Assembly (NCBI GenBank): GCA_964016885.1
Contig: OZ024741.1
Span: 353,834,001-353,898,000, forward strand
DNA length: 64,000 nt
Reading direction: 5' to 3'
DNA from: Eledone cirrhosa
Taxonomy: Eukaryota
Shown: positions 1 through 12,772 of the stretch, in pieces
How the letters are laid out: every line of letters begins with the position of its first letter
Position numbering within the stretch: position 1 is the stretch's first letter
The notes under the pieces: model-generated
What the model saw: the letters and a program-made list of their open reading frames with translations, nothing else
Told to the model about the DNA's origin: nothing
The model's database searches: none
Made by a program: the position numbers and the translations under genes

Positions 1-539
1 TAGTCGATATCTATCGGCCAGTTGAAATGGGCCGATTAACATTTTGAGGCTGTTACACCCCCTCTATTGGGACATGCTCCCACATCGTCCCAACGTGCAT
101 CTAGGATTCCATTCTAGTCCCCCACTAACAACAGAGAGCGGGACGTTCCCTGAAAAGTCTCTAGACGTTTGAAGAAGTCTGGCCGCAGTGTCCCGGATGG
201 GGCATATGCGGCCACCAGCCTGAAGGATCCACCTTCACTGCCGTCAACGTCTAGGACCACCAGTCGACCTTCCGGGTCCAGATGTACCGTCTGTGTTACG
301 AGGTCCAAGTCTTTCCGCAGCAAAACGGCAACCCCACCCCCATCTTCCTGCTGACAGAGAGATGCGTAGATCTCAAAGTCGTCGAAGATGGGGGCCAGTT
401 GTCGCTTGCTGTGGATCCTGGACTCGCAAATGGCTACTGCATCCATACTGTACGACCTGAGGTAGTTTAAGAGTTTACCCTGTTTCCAGGGCATCCCCAG
501 GCCGCGTATATTCACACATCCAACTCTTATATTGGCCAT
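1..539 (-). pseudogene. ORF2 AP-endonuclease domain of Tx1 copy 1, with a premature stop after LLVGD
   Basis: ORF 114..539. TAG replaces the W of GDWN seen in copy 2, and homology continues to base 1. Confidence 0.85.
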
Positions 540-575
540 GCTGGTGCTGAAAAGTTAAAAGAAGAGGAAAAGAAA

Positions 576-2145
576 TCACTCACCTCTTCGTCTCCTGGGG
601 ACTAGGCTGCACAATTTCCATGGGGGTGTTGGAGGGGTTGTTTGGTGGGGTGATGGTCTCTGGCGGGGTGGGGACGGAGATGTTTGGTGGGGAGGGGGTG
701 TCAGGTGGGGTGGGGTTGTCTGGGGTGGGGTGGGGAAACATTTCAAAAGGACGAGGTTATAGGGTTTAACGCAGGGGCTCCCTACGTCGTTAGGAAATTT
801 TTCTTTTAACAGTTTATGTGTGTCCATGGAGATCCTAATCATTTTAAGATTATGATTCTCCGAAGAGGGTGTAAAAGTGTTCTCTTCGGTCTCCACCGAA
901 GGGTTTTTATATATGGTGTCTGTTAAAGTTTTATTGTTAGTATTTATGTAGGTGTAACATTTTTGTTGTGTTGTGTTGCTTTTTGTCTGTGGTTCTTGTG
1001 TGTGTTTACGTTTTGTAGTAGGTGTTTTGTTTTCAGGAGGGGGTGTTTTTGTTTATGCTGTTTGCCTCTCTTGTGTTAGTGTTTGTGTGTTTGTTGCATT
1101 TTTGTTTGTGTTATGTCTTTTCTTTTTTCTTTTTACTGGTCGGAAAGGCTCTCCCTCATCGTCACTGTGTGACGGTGATGAGGCCTAATCCGTGTTGTTG
1201 GGGAGCTGTTATGTGTGTGGGTGTTTCTGGAGTTATTTTAGGTGGGGAGGGGTAGGGTGGGACTGTGTTTGTCGTTTGTTTTATTATCACTATTTTTTTA
1301 TGTTGTTGTTGTTGTGTTGGTGGTGGTGATTGTTCTGCTGGTGTTGCAGGTGTTGGTAGTAATGCTTCTTTTTGGCTAGTTAGCCGAGGACAGGAAGCTC
1401 TCAGGTGACCCCTGCTTAGGCAGTGGTAACATGAGGGCCGCCTACCCTCGACCGAATGTTTATGTATATAAGCCCATCCAGCAGCACATGTTCCGGGATC
1501 CTAGCTATTCGTTCTGGCATCATTTGGACCAGAATTTCCAGGCTAGTTCCGCTGAACAGGTTGCCGGAGGACTTACTACCGATATTATTGAGTCTTTTTC
1601 GAGGTTTAAAAATCCACATAGTACCCACCAAATATCAATATTTGGTGTGATACTTTGGATTTTTATTTTCTGTGTTCTTTTCCCCATGTAAGTAGGGAAA
1701 AAGGTGACACAATTGGCGACACAGAATATTTCTGTGCCGTCAGTTGGTCTTTCATCAGAATGGATAGACTCCCGTAGAGTCTACCCTTCTGAATGAAAGC
1801 AATGTCTTTTAAGGCATCTTCTAAAACCAACTCAATTTCGCCTTGTGAAAGTTGAGTTGGTTTTCGGGTTTTGTTTGAGACTGTCCTGAAAACCACAGTT
1901 TTCAAAGCAGCTTCTCTTCGCAAATCTGGGGGAGAGTTTATGGAGAATGATCCGTTCTCCCCAAAAGTTATGTACTGTCTGGCGTTATTCAAAAGCTCAT
2001 TTGCATTTGAAATATCTACCGGGGTGTAGCTTACCGTTTTCTTTACGGTTTGCGCAAACGATATTTTGTCGTTTACTTCCTTGTTGCAGTTATTGGTCAT
2101 GTTGTTGTTGTTATTGTTCTTGTTGTTGGTGTTGTTTTCATTCAT

Positions 2146-2176
<31 letters not shown>

Positions 2177-2427
2177 CTGGTGCCACTGGTTGTGCTGTTT
2201 TTGTTCATTGTTTCACACTTTTCGTTTTGGTTTGTTGCCATGGCAACGTCAAGTTGTCGGTCAGCAGATGGGGAAAATCCTTCCTCTTGCTGATCTTTTT
2301 CTTTGACATCTGCTACTATGACAGTGGCAGAGGGAAGCTGTAAGCATATCTTCCCCTTTCCTCCTTCGAATGTTGGTGAAGAAGCTTCAGCCATTTTCTT
2401 TTTAAATATTAGTTTTTCCAAAAACAT
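576..2427 (-). pseudogene. Frameshifted ORF1 (gag-like, zinc knuckle, Pro/Thr-rich tail) of Tx1 copy 1
   Basis: ORF pieces 1663..2427, 1416..1631 and 576..896 are homologous to 6883..8073. CYHCLSRGHLRASC is readable near 1390-1431. Confidence 0.8.
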
Positions 2428-2847
2428 TTGTATGAACTATTTCGCCTAAAGGCGTAGAATATTTTGAGAGACTGACCAGATCAAAATTTGACCTGGCATC
2501 CCTCTACAAATTGGTATAAACATGAAGGTTCACAGTTAAGAATGTCTATAGAAATTTATACAGAACTTACCCAGCAAGTTTCACGCGTGTGTCCATCCCA
2601 GAGATAGATAGATAAGTTTCTATTTATTTGCTATGAGGGCACAAAAGGAGGGGACAAATACAAGGGGGGAGTTTACATAAAAGAACGAGTAAAAAAAAAA
2701 CAAATACCAAATATAAAATTAACAATACAGTCCTCAATAGGGAGGAGGCGTTTTGGGGGTATACACACACCCCCGAAAAAATGTGTAACCCTTTTCCTTG
2801 GGAGCACGGAGAGGGGGTGCTCCTTTTCACTTCCACCTTTCCACCTA

Positions 2848-5800
2848 CAGGCTGATAAAGAGAGAAGGCCCATTCACACGGGCCATTCTCGCTACTTTCA
2901 CCCACCTTTCATAAAACTTGCTGGAGTAGAGCACCTCTCTCTCCATTCTGATCCTTCTCTTAAAATGGTATTTAAAGAAAAGGACCAGTTGTTGGCCGGA
3001 GAGAAAGGTGTCCAACCTCAGCCCTTTCAAACGTGTCCACCATACCACCTATTTCACCATGGCTATTACACAGAGGAAGACCGCCTCTCCTTCATTTTTG
3101 AAGGGGGGAGGCGGCTTGATCGTTACAATGGACTCAGTGGTCAACCGGATTGGTCCCACCCGTGACAGCAGTCGTTCGACATAGTCCCACAGATCGGCAA
3201 CGCCCGAGCAGTGTACCAATGCGTGCGCAACGGTTTCCTCGTCGCGCACACATCTGGGACAGCTTTTTTTCGAGGGGTCCCTACCCGGGCGCCCGTGTCT
3301 GTAGACCTTTTCTCGAACGGGCAGCCTCCGTCGGTGGCACTGCCAGGCCAGGGACTTCTGGAAGTTGTCCATAGGTCCCGGGCCAAATGTCCTCCCGAAT
3401 AGGCTGGCCAGTTCGTCTTCCTCCATGTCTAGGGCTTGTCCGAGGGCGTCGTCGCACCTACTAACCACCAGCCCTCTATAGAATGACGATAGCCGGGTCC
3501 GCCTGCCAGAGAGCCGTGAGCGCCTGGGCACACTCGGTGAGCCAGGCGCCCAGTTTTATCGGTCTTTGCTTGACCCAGGACTGCAGCTCGGTGAGCGAGA
3601 CGAGTCTCGGAAAGGCTCGCCTCACAAACGGGGCCCACACCGGTTGACCGGTGAGGAATACCTGGAGGTGCCGTAGCCTTAATGCGTGTTTACGCATCAA
3701 CAGCCACGGCAACTCCAGCCCTCCTTTCGAAGTGTGTTGACAGCAGATGGATCTCCTCACCAAAGGAGCCCGCTTCTTCCAAAGGAATTGGAAGAGTGCG
3801 CGCTCCATTTAGTGAGCGTTTCCCTTGGGCAAGGCACGACGGTCAGGCGGTAATAGATGACGGACGCTATATAAGCGTTCGCCACCTCCGCCCGACCTTT
3901 CAGGGATAGTGTGCACTCAGCCCACTTCCGCGTCAGCGCAAACACCCTATTCGATACCTCACCCCAGTCCTTCTCCACCTGGAGGTCTGGCCCGAACCAG
4001 ACCCCGAGTAACTTCACGGGGCCCTCCGTCCAATGTCCGACGACGCCGTTGGAGGCCATCGATTTGCCCCTCCACTCGCCGAGTTGCAAACCGACTGACT
4101 TGTCCTGGTTCAGCTTAGCCCCTGTAAACGTTTCGTATTCCTCCAGTAAAGTGCCGATCACTCCGATTCCCAAGGCGGTTGACCCCATTACTGTCACGTC
4201 AGCGGCGTAGGCCGACACCGCTTTCCGCAATCCTGGTTCCAAAGGGATGCCCTGTAACAACTCCAACTTCCGCAGCAGTGGCTCTAGGACCAATACATAC
4301 AGAAGGGAGGAGAGAGAGCATCCCTATCGGATGGGCCGCGTGATTTCCAACGGCTCCGAGATGTAGCCGTTCGCCTTGACCCTAGAGCAGATGCGGCTGC
4401 TGTGCATGGCAGATATCCAGCCCCTGAAAACGGATCCGAAACCTGCCGCCACTAGCACCGCATCCAGGTAACGATGATCGACCCTATCGAACGCTTTAAA
4501 TTGATCCACGTTAATCGCATGAGATGGAGGTTGTCGTGAATGGACCTGGACGGGATGGAGCATGTCTGCACATCTCCCACCAGGTTGCCCACGACAAGCG
4601 TCAACCTTTTGGCTAACACCTTGGCCAAAATCTTTAACTCTGCATTTATGTGTTATGGGCCTAAAATTACTTATTTCATCCCCCTTGTTCTCGTTCTTCC
4701 TCACTAGTGAGACTACGCCCTTGGTCACAGAACAGGGAATTCTCCCGTTCTGTTGCCAGTTGCAGTAGACCGCTTCGACGAGATCGAAGAACAAGTCCGG
4801 CATACTTAAATACAGTTTGTATGGAAGACCATCGAGGCCCGGAGATTTGCGTCTGCCGCATTGGCTCAGCTCGTCCCCTATTTCAGCAGCTGAGATCGGC
4901 CTCTCGCAGGACTTCGCCTCCTCGTCCGAAAGACGTGGTAGGCCGTCGAGGTATGGACCGAGGTCCACATCCCCGTCCGGCCCCTCGCCCTTTCCGAACA
5001 ATCGGGCAAAGTGCCTTTGAAAGGCCTCGCTCATCTGCTTAGGTTCAAGGATCACCCGTCCATCCTGGTCTCGCAAAGACCGGATAGTGGATCTAGTCCC
5101 ACTTTTGGCTTCTCTCACGCGGGCCCAGCTAACAGCTTTGGTCCCCTCGTTTCCCGGAGCACGTATTTTGCTTCGGACAACGCAGCCTTCGTGTTTCGCG
5201 TCGAAGAACTGGCCCAAGGCCGTTCTCGACGCAAGCACTCTGGCTACGTTGCCGCTTCTAATCGCCTCTTCTACTCTATCTACCAACTCCCTTTCCTTCC
5301 TATTTCTATCTGAGGCTAACTCCTTACTAACTCCTATTGAAGCTACTCTCATCTCTCTTTTGAGAGAGCCCCACCACCTGCTGTTGACGATGGCGCTCGT
5401 CAACCGCTCCTTAACTAATGTACTAATCCGGTTCCTGTAAGCTTTACTTGCCGATAAGGACAAGTTGAGCTTTCAGTAACCGGGTCCCTGTCTATGCGTT
5501 CTATCAAGGTTGACCATGGAGGTCACTAACTTGTGGTCTGAATAGCCAACCATGAGCATTTTTAGTCCCTATCCTTATTTCTAACTAAGAACCTATCTAG
5601 GTACGATCTAGATTGACTGCTATGGTTTCTCCAAGTCCAGGTTGGCACAGTCGGAAAATCTAGTCGATATCTATCGGCCAGGTCGAATCGGCCGATTAAC
5701 CCCTTGAGGCTGTTACAACCCCTTCTATCAGGACATGCCCCTACATAGTCCCAACGTGCATCTAGGATACCATTCCAGTCCCCCATTAAAAGCAAGGAGC

Positions 5801-6200
5801 AGGACGTCCCTAGAAAAGTCTCCAAACGATGGAAGAAGTCCGGCCGCGTTGACACAAAAGGGCCGTAGACGACGACAAGCCTAAAAGCTCCGCCTTCACC
5901 ACTGCCAATGTCCAGAACCACTAGTCGACCCTCCGGGTCCAAGTGTACCCTCTGTGTAGCGAGACCCAGATGTTTTTGCAGCAGAACGACAACCCCACCC
6001 CCACCTCCGGGCTGACAGAGAGATGCGTGCATCTCAAAATCATCAAAGGTGGAGGCCAGCTGTCGCACGCTGCTGATCCGGGCCTCGCAAATAACGATCA
6101 CATTTATACATCGTGACCTGAGGTCATTTAGAAGCATTGCTTGCTTCCAAGGTGAGCCCAGGCCACGCACATTTAGACAACCTATTGTCAACACAGCCAT
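2848..6200 (-). pseudogene. ORF2 (APE-RT-zinc knuckle) of Tx1 copy 2, with several frameshifts and stops
   Basis: Fragments are collinear with and closely similar to the open ORF 60739..63657. Confidence 0.9.
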
Positions 6201-6219
6201 GTTGGTGGTAAAGAGAAAA

Positions 6220-8222
6220 CGCACTTACCTCTCTGCGTCCCGGGGACCGGGCCGCACAATTTCCATGGGGGTGGGGATGGGTTGTTGGGTGGGGTGGTGG
6301 TTTGTGGAAGTGTAGGGGCATCAGTGTGTGGTGGGGTTGGGGTGTTTGGAGTTGTGTGGGTGTCTGAGGAGGGGTTGTTTAGGAGGACACGGTTAATGGG
6401 TCTGACGCAGGGGAGCCCCACGTCCTCTTTAAAAGTCTTTTAACGTTTTGTAAATGTCCATTGGGGCTTTTATCATTTTTAGATGGGGAAGCCCCGTTGC
6501 TTGTGCGAAATTCGAACCTTCGGTTTTTATTAAGTTGTTATTATAAATAACGTTTAACAGTTTTTTTGTTTATTGTACTTCTACCATTAAAACACACGAG
6601 AAACATCCTATGATGTTAAATACAAAAAACAAAAAACTGTTAAACGTTATTGCGTGATGTTTTTTGTTTGCTGTTGTTGTGTGTTTTTTTTGTGTGTTGA
6701 TGTCTGTGTTATGGCTTGGGGAGGGGTTGTTTGTATTTGTGTTCCTGTGGTGTGTTTTCTTTTTTTTCTTTTAACTTTATGAAAGTGCTCACCCCCCCCC
6801 CTCCTCGTCTGACGACGAAAGGGGGTCGTCTTCCGTATTCGAGAGGAGGGGTTCATTTTCGGTCGTGTTTGTGTTGTGGGTGTTATTGTATTTGTTTTCG
6901 GCGTGGGGGGATGGGTGGGATTGTTTTCAGTTGTGTTTTAACTTGTGATGTTACTTGTTTTTGTGGTGGTGATGGTGGTGGTGGTGGAGGTTGTGTTGTT
7001 AGTGTTGTAGTTGTTGGTGTGGGCAAAATCGGTGTTTTTTTGTTTGCTTGGGAACAGGCAACCCTCAGGTGACCTCTGCCACCACAGAGGTAACAAGCGG
7101 GTCGTCTCCCCTCCACTGTGATGTGTAAGTAGGCACGCCCATCCAGCAATATGCGGTCGGGGATCCTAGCAATTTGTTCTGGCTGCATTTGCACCAGAAC
7201 TTGCAGGTTAGTTCCACCGAACACGTTGCTGGAAGACTTACCTACCGAAATTACTGCATCCTCTTTCAAGTCGAGGAGGCCACACAGTACCGCCCAGAAA
7301 TCAATATCTGGATCGATACTGTGTATGGTCAATCTTTGTGTATTTCTTCCCAAATAAGTGGGGAAGAAGGTAAATAAGGGGGACACAATTGGGGCCAGGG
7401 AATGTTTTTCGGCCATCAATTTATCTTTCATTCGGATGGATAGACTACCGTAGAGTCTATCCTTCCGAATGAATACAATGTTTTTCAGATGATCTTTTAA
7501 CGCCAGTTCAATCTCTGCCTGTGTGAGTTGTACTGGCTTACGGGTTTTGTTTGATATTGTCCTATAAATAATAGTTTTTAAGCTATTTTCCTTTTTTAGC
7601 TCTGGGGGAGAATTTAAATAAAATAGACCATTCTCCTCCAAAGTTATATACTTCCGTGCATTTTCCATCTGCTGAGCCATGTTCGAAATGTCAATAGGTT
7701 CGTACGTGATAGTTTTTTTTATGCTTTGCGCGAACGTCATTTTGTTCGCCCCCTCTCTGTTTACATTTGCCGAAATGTGGTTTTCTTGTTTTATGTTGTT
7801 ATAATTTTCATTTTTTGTTGTGTTTGTGTTATTTATGTTGGTGTATGCGTTCACATTTTTTTCCCCGTTGGGGTTAGACTCCATTTTTTCAAAATGTTCA
7901 CTTATATTTTCAGTATCCGAGAGACTCGTAGTTACAGCTATTACTTCTCTTTCAGCTTTGCTGGTGGGCGTGGCACCGTGAAAAGTCGAAACGGCATCCA
8001 TTAATTTTGGCAATTTCTCCGAGTCAATTTTTTTCACATTTTTTTCGTTAGGGTTAGGCTCCATTTTTTTCAATGTTTCTAATAATTATTATTCTTTCAG
8101 TAGGGAGGCTTGTTGCCTCCGCTACGCGTTCTCCTTCAGTTTGTTTAGTGGACATGTCATCGTTACCTGTGGCTTCCATTACCACTAGCGTAGAAACAAT
8201 TACAAGATTTTTAGGATGAAAA
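6220..8222 (-). pseudogene. ORF1 of Tx1 copy 2 (main open segment 6883..8073)
   Basis: 396-aa ORF with a CCHC knuckle. The C-terminal PPWKLC motif is shared with copy 1. Confidence 0.8.
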
Positions 8223-8379
8223 ATTTCACCCCAAAAGGGGTGAAATAAATTAACCCTAATGTCCGAAGACCCAGGCAAGGGGGTTAATTAACGCAAGAAT
8301 ACAGACAAATACTTACTGTTAACACGTAATATCTCCAATACTCGCGGAGCCGATGTGAATAACGTCTATACAATCCGGA

Positions 8380-8538
8380 GATAGATAGACAAATAGACAG
8401 ACAGACAGGCAGAGAGATAGATTGATAGATAGATAGGATGATAGATAGATAGACGGAGAGACAGTCAGATAGATGTATTTCTTTATTTGCCACAAGGGCG
8501 CACAAGAAAAGGGATAGATAGGTAGATGCATAGATAGA
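8380..8538. repeat. Degenerate (GATA/GACA)n array containing a ~36-bp 3' stub of the Tx1 element (8477-8512)
   Basis: tttctttatttgccacaagggcgcacaagaaaaggga matches the 3' termini at 2615, 60525 and 63749. Confidence 0.8.
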
Positions 8539-8684
8539 AACGTTTTGCATCGGTTTCCATTTAGCTGGAATGCTAGGATAAAACTTTAAAATATATATAA
8601 CTTAGTTCTATAAAACGACGTGGAAATATTTGGACTAATTCTGAGTGTTGTCTCCTGGCTCTACGCATCTACCACAGTTATAAA

Positions 8685-8846
8685 TAATTGTTTCTACTTT
8701 TGGCACAAGGCCAGCAATTATCCCAGTGCATTACTGGTACTTTATTTTATCGACCCCGTAAGGATGAAAGACAAAGTTAACCTCGGCGGGATTTGAACTC
8801 AGACAATAAAGGGCCGTAACTCTTTGCTGCAAAGCATGGTGTCCGT
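8685..8846 (-). mobile_element. tRNA-derived SINE (family A) lacking its A-box head
   Basis: Nearly identical to 19975-20163 but stops at ...gcatggtgtccg. B box GAGTTCAAATC is retained. Confidence 0.85.
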
Positions 8847-8855
8847 AAAAGGAGA

Positions 8856-8917
8856 TTCTTACAGCACCTAGGTTTCCCAAGCGGTCATCCATCTAAGTAC
8901 TAACTAGGCTCGACGTT

Positions 8918-8948
<31 letters not shown>

Positions 8949-8974
8949 GTTGTCAGCGTGATATGGCCGTAAAC
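8856..8974 (-). rRNA. 5S rRNA: 5S rRNA gene or pseudogene, single dispersed copy
   Basis: The minus strand reads GTTTACGGCCATATCACGCTG...CTCGTCCGATCACCGAAGTTAAGC...TTAGTACTTAGATGGATGACCGCTTGGGAA...GTGCTGTAAG (~119 nt). It is followed by TTTT at 8850-8847. Confidence 0.93.
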
Positions 8975-9479
8975 TTTGTCAGCCTGATATGTAAATAATG
9001 TCTCTCGTTGTGGCTTTGGGAAATATAATGGTTAGTTGGTGCAATTGGTGATATTTAAATTAAATCAAATTAAACTTAAAGTGTTAAATACATTTGGAAT
9101 TAAAGGGTAAAGGCAGAAAACAAACTTAGATAGAAACATACTACCGGACAATATATCCATATTATAAAAAATTTCTCATGGAAAATAGACTATTAATTAT
9201 AAAATCATAAAATAAACCTACACACAACATACGTTCTTAAACAAAATAAACGCAAGACTGGTGACATATACACCTACTGATAAACCTTGATTTTCAAATT
9301 CCCATTATAAAACCAACAATAAAAGAAGCAACAAAAACTCAACAAAACTCCACATTCTGTGAGACTGTGAAAATTTAGTAACGTTTATTATAGATTTAGG
9401 AACCGTGATGTTCCCATAAGGAAATAAAGAAAGAAGTCTTATAAAAAAAAACAAAAGGTAAAAAATTCTTGTCATTGAT

Positions 9480-9665
9480 AATAATTTCTTATTTGGGCAC
9501 AAGGCCTAAAAGTTTTGGGCGGAACAAACCTCGATTATATCGACCCCAGTACCTGACTGCTACTACATTTTAGGATGAAAGGCAAAGTTGACGTCTGTGG
9601 GATTTCAACTCGGAGAGTAAAGAACCGGAACAAGCATCTGTCCGACACTGTCAACCCATCACCCT
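9480..9665 (-). mobile_element. Diverged family-A SINE
   Basis: gggcacaaggcc...cgaccccagtac...ggatgaaaggcaaagttgac...gatttcaactc. Confidence 0.7.
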
Positions 9666-9744
9666 ACATCCGTAACTTTGATAACACAGATTTAACAGAA
9701 AAGCTGTTCTCCATAGATACCAATGCAAATATATATATATATAC

Positions 9745-9786
<42 letters not shown>

Positions 9787-9890
9787 GTGTGTGTGTGTAT
9801 GTATTGTGTAAGTGAGTGTGTGTGCGTATAATGTATTTCTATCTCTCTCTCCTTCTCCCTCTCCCTCTCCCTCTCAATCTTTGTGTGTAT

Positions 9891-9958
<68 letters not shown>

Positions 9959-10559
9959 TTACTTATGTGTTCTTGTTACTGTTACGTGTATCTTAATAGG
10001 CGAGGTGTGCATATAAAGGAACTTTAGTAGACGCCCAGCATGTTTTCAAGTTTCACACAACAGTGAGTAACCATAAGCGATAGAAATTTCTATTCTAATT
10101 CGATTTCAAATTTAGACGTTGCAAATTTCAGGTGTTTGTTACCTAGCACATGAAAGCCATTTTCATCTCAATTGAACATTGTCTTCTTGTTCCGGTTCCA
10201 ATCAGTGATTTTAATTTAACCATTCTCATAGAACTTTTTAGTCATTATGGTGATTGCTGGTCTGAATAGACATTGGATTGGTAGAAATCGAATATCGATA
10301 TTTGTTAGGTATATTTAAGGAAGTAAATCAAAGTCTTGATTTCAATAATCTAAGAAACGAAAACAAAAAAGTAAGGGAAGAAAATATCTTTTTAAAAAAT
10401 AGATCCAAAGGAACTTAAATTATAATACTAGGCACTTTTAGCTTTCATAAATTCTGAAAGGTAAATATGGACAAAACATATTTAATATTATATTACAAAA
10501 AGTGCAGATGTCAATAGCATTGTAATCATGTGCACCGGTTCCCTGACATTCATCTCTTC

Positions 10560-10885
10560 ATATCTGAAAGTTTGAGTGGCACTCCGTCGGTTAGAACGAT
10601 GGGTGTTCCAGTTTATCCTACTCGTGAAATTAATGTGCAAGTGGATGAGCATTCCACAGACACGTGTACACTTAAAGTAGTTCTCAGGGTTATTCAGCGT
10701 GACAAAGAATGTGACAAGGCTAGTTCTGCGAATTACAGGTACAACTCATTTTTGCCAGTTGGGTGGACTGGAGCAACGAGAAATAAAGTGTCTTTCTCAA
10801 GGATACAAAGCACTACCGGGAATCGAACTCACAACCTTACGATTGTGAGCCGAATACCCTAACCACAAAGCCACGCGCCTTCACG
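10560..10885 (-). mobile_element. tRNA-derived SINE (family B)
   Basis: Minus-strand head GTGGCTTTGTGGTTAG (A box) ... GAGTTCGATTCC (B box), then CCTTGAGAAAGACAC. A related copy is at 27108-27390. Confidence 0.8.
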
Positions 10886-11774
10886 AAAGTTCATATTCAC
10901 AAGATATCACACTTTAATTTCACCCGATTTCCTTCCTCATTTGTTAAAAATAGCAATCATATCTCCCTCGGATATTGCCCTACTATTGTCTTAAAAAGTT
11001 TAAATAACTTTTATCTCTGAATAAAAGACTGGATGGTTACAACTGAAAGGTCATAGATCTGTTAGTATTGCCTAGCGTTAAAAAAAAAAAGAACAAAATT
11101 AACAACACCAACCATAACAAAACATCACCGTTAAATTGAAATGAATGAATCTGAATAATTTTTGGATCTGTGTGAATTATTACTGAATCAACATATTCAG
11201 AGAGAAACAGTAAGATGCTTAGCTACTTCATATAAATTAATCATTTTTGTAAAGAAATATATAAGCTTTATGAATATTACTTAACAATAATGTATTTACC
11301 ATAAAGAAATAGATTAATGTACCAAGTCCAGCTTTAAGAATTGGAGTAGCGTTGTTGCTATCAATTACTGTAATCTTCATTAATATAAACACGAAATAAA
11401 TAGTTAGATAATCATTTGAGCTACTCCAGCAGACAGTTGATGTAACCCTAGATAAGCATTAATTGAACAGACCTAAGCTAAAAGAAATGTTTCAACCATG
11501 AATTTCCAGGACGTTTGTATATATGTGACTATACCGTCTAATGTATCGTCCCATGTCTCAGATGTGATTTGAAGGAATTTCAACTATTATTCTAACACGG
11601 AACTATGTAGATAATTACTACTTCATGTGGATATATGGTTGTTTAACAGGATGGCCTAAAGTAATAGATGTAACTTTCATTACTGTATATAAACATACGC
11701 ACACACAAAGCACACTCACACACACACACCACATACATGTTTATATATGTGTGTGTGTGTGTGTGCGTGTGTGT

Positions 11775-12100
11775 GTAAAAGGTAAACAGAAATAACAACA
11801 CAATCGGTACAGTATATGGAAGGAATATATTAGGTTAAAATTTTCGATAACAAGAAAAGGGTTTTAACCTTTCGGACGCTAGTCCTTCATCAGAAGAAAG
11901 AATGAGAAAGTGGAAAGATTGAAAGGGACGAGCGGAGTGGAAATGGAAAAATTGTTTTTAGAGAAAAATAACAGGTCCATTGATGTTGCCATCTCTTGCA
12001 AAACTGTTGGTGCTGGTGTTTTGGGTAGGATTTATTTTTTTAGAAAAGTCGATGATGGAGCGGGTCTACCTGAAATGGAATAAACCCGTTTTGTATAAAG
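11775..12100 (-). mobile_element. Penelope pLTR-like remnant with a degenerate hammerhead core (~11862-11897)
   Basis: Minus strand CTGATGA-a-GGAC-tagc-GTCC-GAAA. Flanked by (GT)n. Confidence 0.5.
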
Positions 12101-12528
12101 AGCTATACTTGTGCGTGTGCGTGTGTGTGTGTGTGCTATTATACGTCCGTACGAAGCTAAGAGGATATGTGTGTGTATATATACATGTGCGCGTGTATGT
12201 CTTTAGAGAGAGAGATAAAAAGAGAAAGAGATGGGAGCAGCGACTTGGCAGAGTCGGACAAAATGCTTCACAGTATTTGTTCTGATCCTCTGCTCTTTTA
12301 GTTCAAATCCCATTGGGGTCGCTAAGCAAAATACTGGTTTACTACTGGGGGCGATTTTTCTTCTCTCGCTTTCTTTCTCTGAAAGAAACCGACTGTGGTC
12401 AAGCCTTCTGAGATTACTGGTCCGTTAGATATATTTTCAAGACACCACTACGGTGCTCCTACGGTTCTACCAAATGTTGAGGGCTCGAAGAAGGGAGAAG
12501 AAACATATTATATATATATATATATATT

Positions 12529-12579
<51 letters not shown>

Positions 12580-12599
12580 ACATGAATCAGAATGGATGT

Positions 12600-12772
12600 A
12601 GTAAAAACCAGTTAGACCATTACTCACCAAAGTACTCAATACTTGGTGTAGTAGAGTGTGGTAATGTGAAAGATTCGGGACCCGATGGCTGAGTTCTTGC
12701 CATTTCAACAGCTATTTCGGAAATAGCTGTTGAAACGGCAGGAGCTCAGCCGCCGGGGTCCCGAATCCTTCA
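12600..12772. repeat. Fold-back pLTR fragment (family P1), palindrome centred near 12719
   Basis: gattcgggacccg...tttcaacagctatttc-g-gaaatagctgttgaaa...cggggtcccgaatc. Homologous to 14430-14550, 26260-26515 and 41780-41985. Confidence 0.8.

Larger units (their letters stand above)
1..2602 (-). mobile_element. Tx1-clade non-LTR retrotransposon, copy 1 (5' UTR, ORF1, start of ORF2; runs off the window edge)
   Basis: ORF2 starts at 539 with APE-endonuclease motifs (VNIRGL, ICES, GGGVAVLL, AAYAP, LLVGD). ORF1 is upstream with a CCHC knuckle. The 5' end abuts (GATA)3 at 2603-2614. Confidence 0.9.
2615..8379 (-). mobile_element. Full-length but decayed Tx1-clade LINE, copy 2
   Basis: ORF1 (CYLCGGRGHLRVAC). 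ORF2 pieces 5562..6224 (APE), 4324..5463 and 3757..4293 (RT; YADD mutated to YAAD), 3049..3531 (CPRC-x8-H-x4-C). The 3' UTR ends AATAAA...(TATC)n. Both ends lie in GATA runs. Confidence 0.93.

Noticed and set aside
547-583. 37-nt mini-intron fusing Tx1 ORF1 to ORF2
   Set aside because: Neither available acceptor puts ORF2 in frame, and copy 2 lacks the AG.
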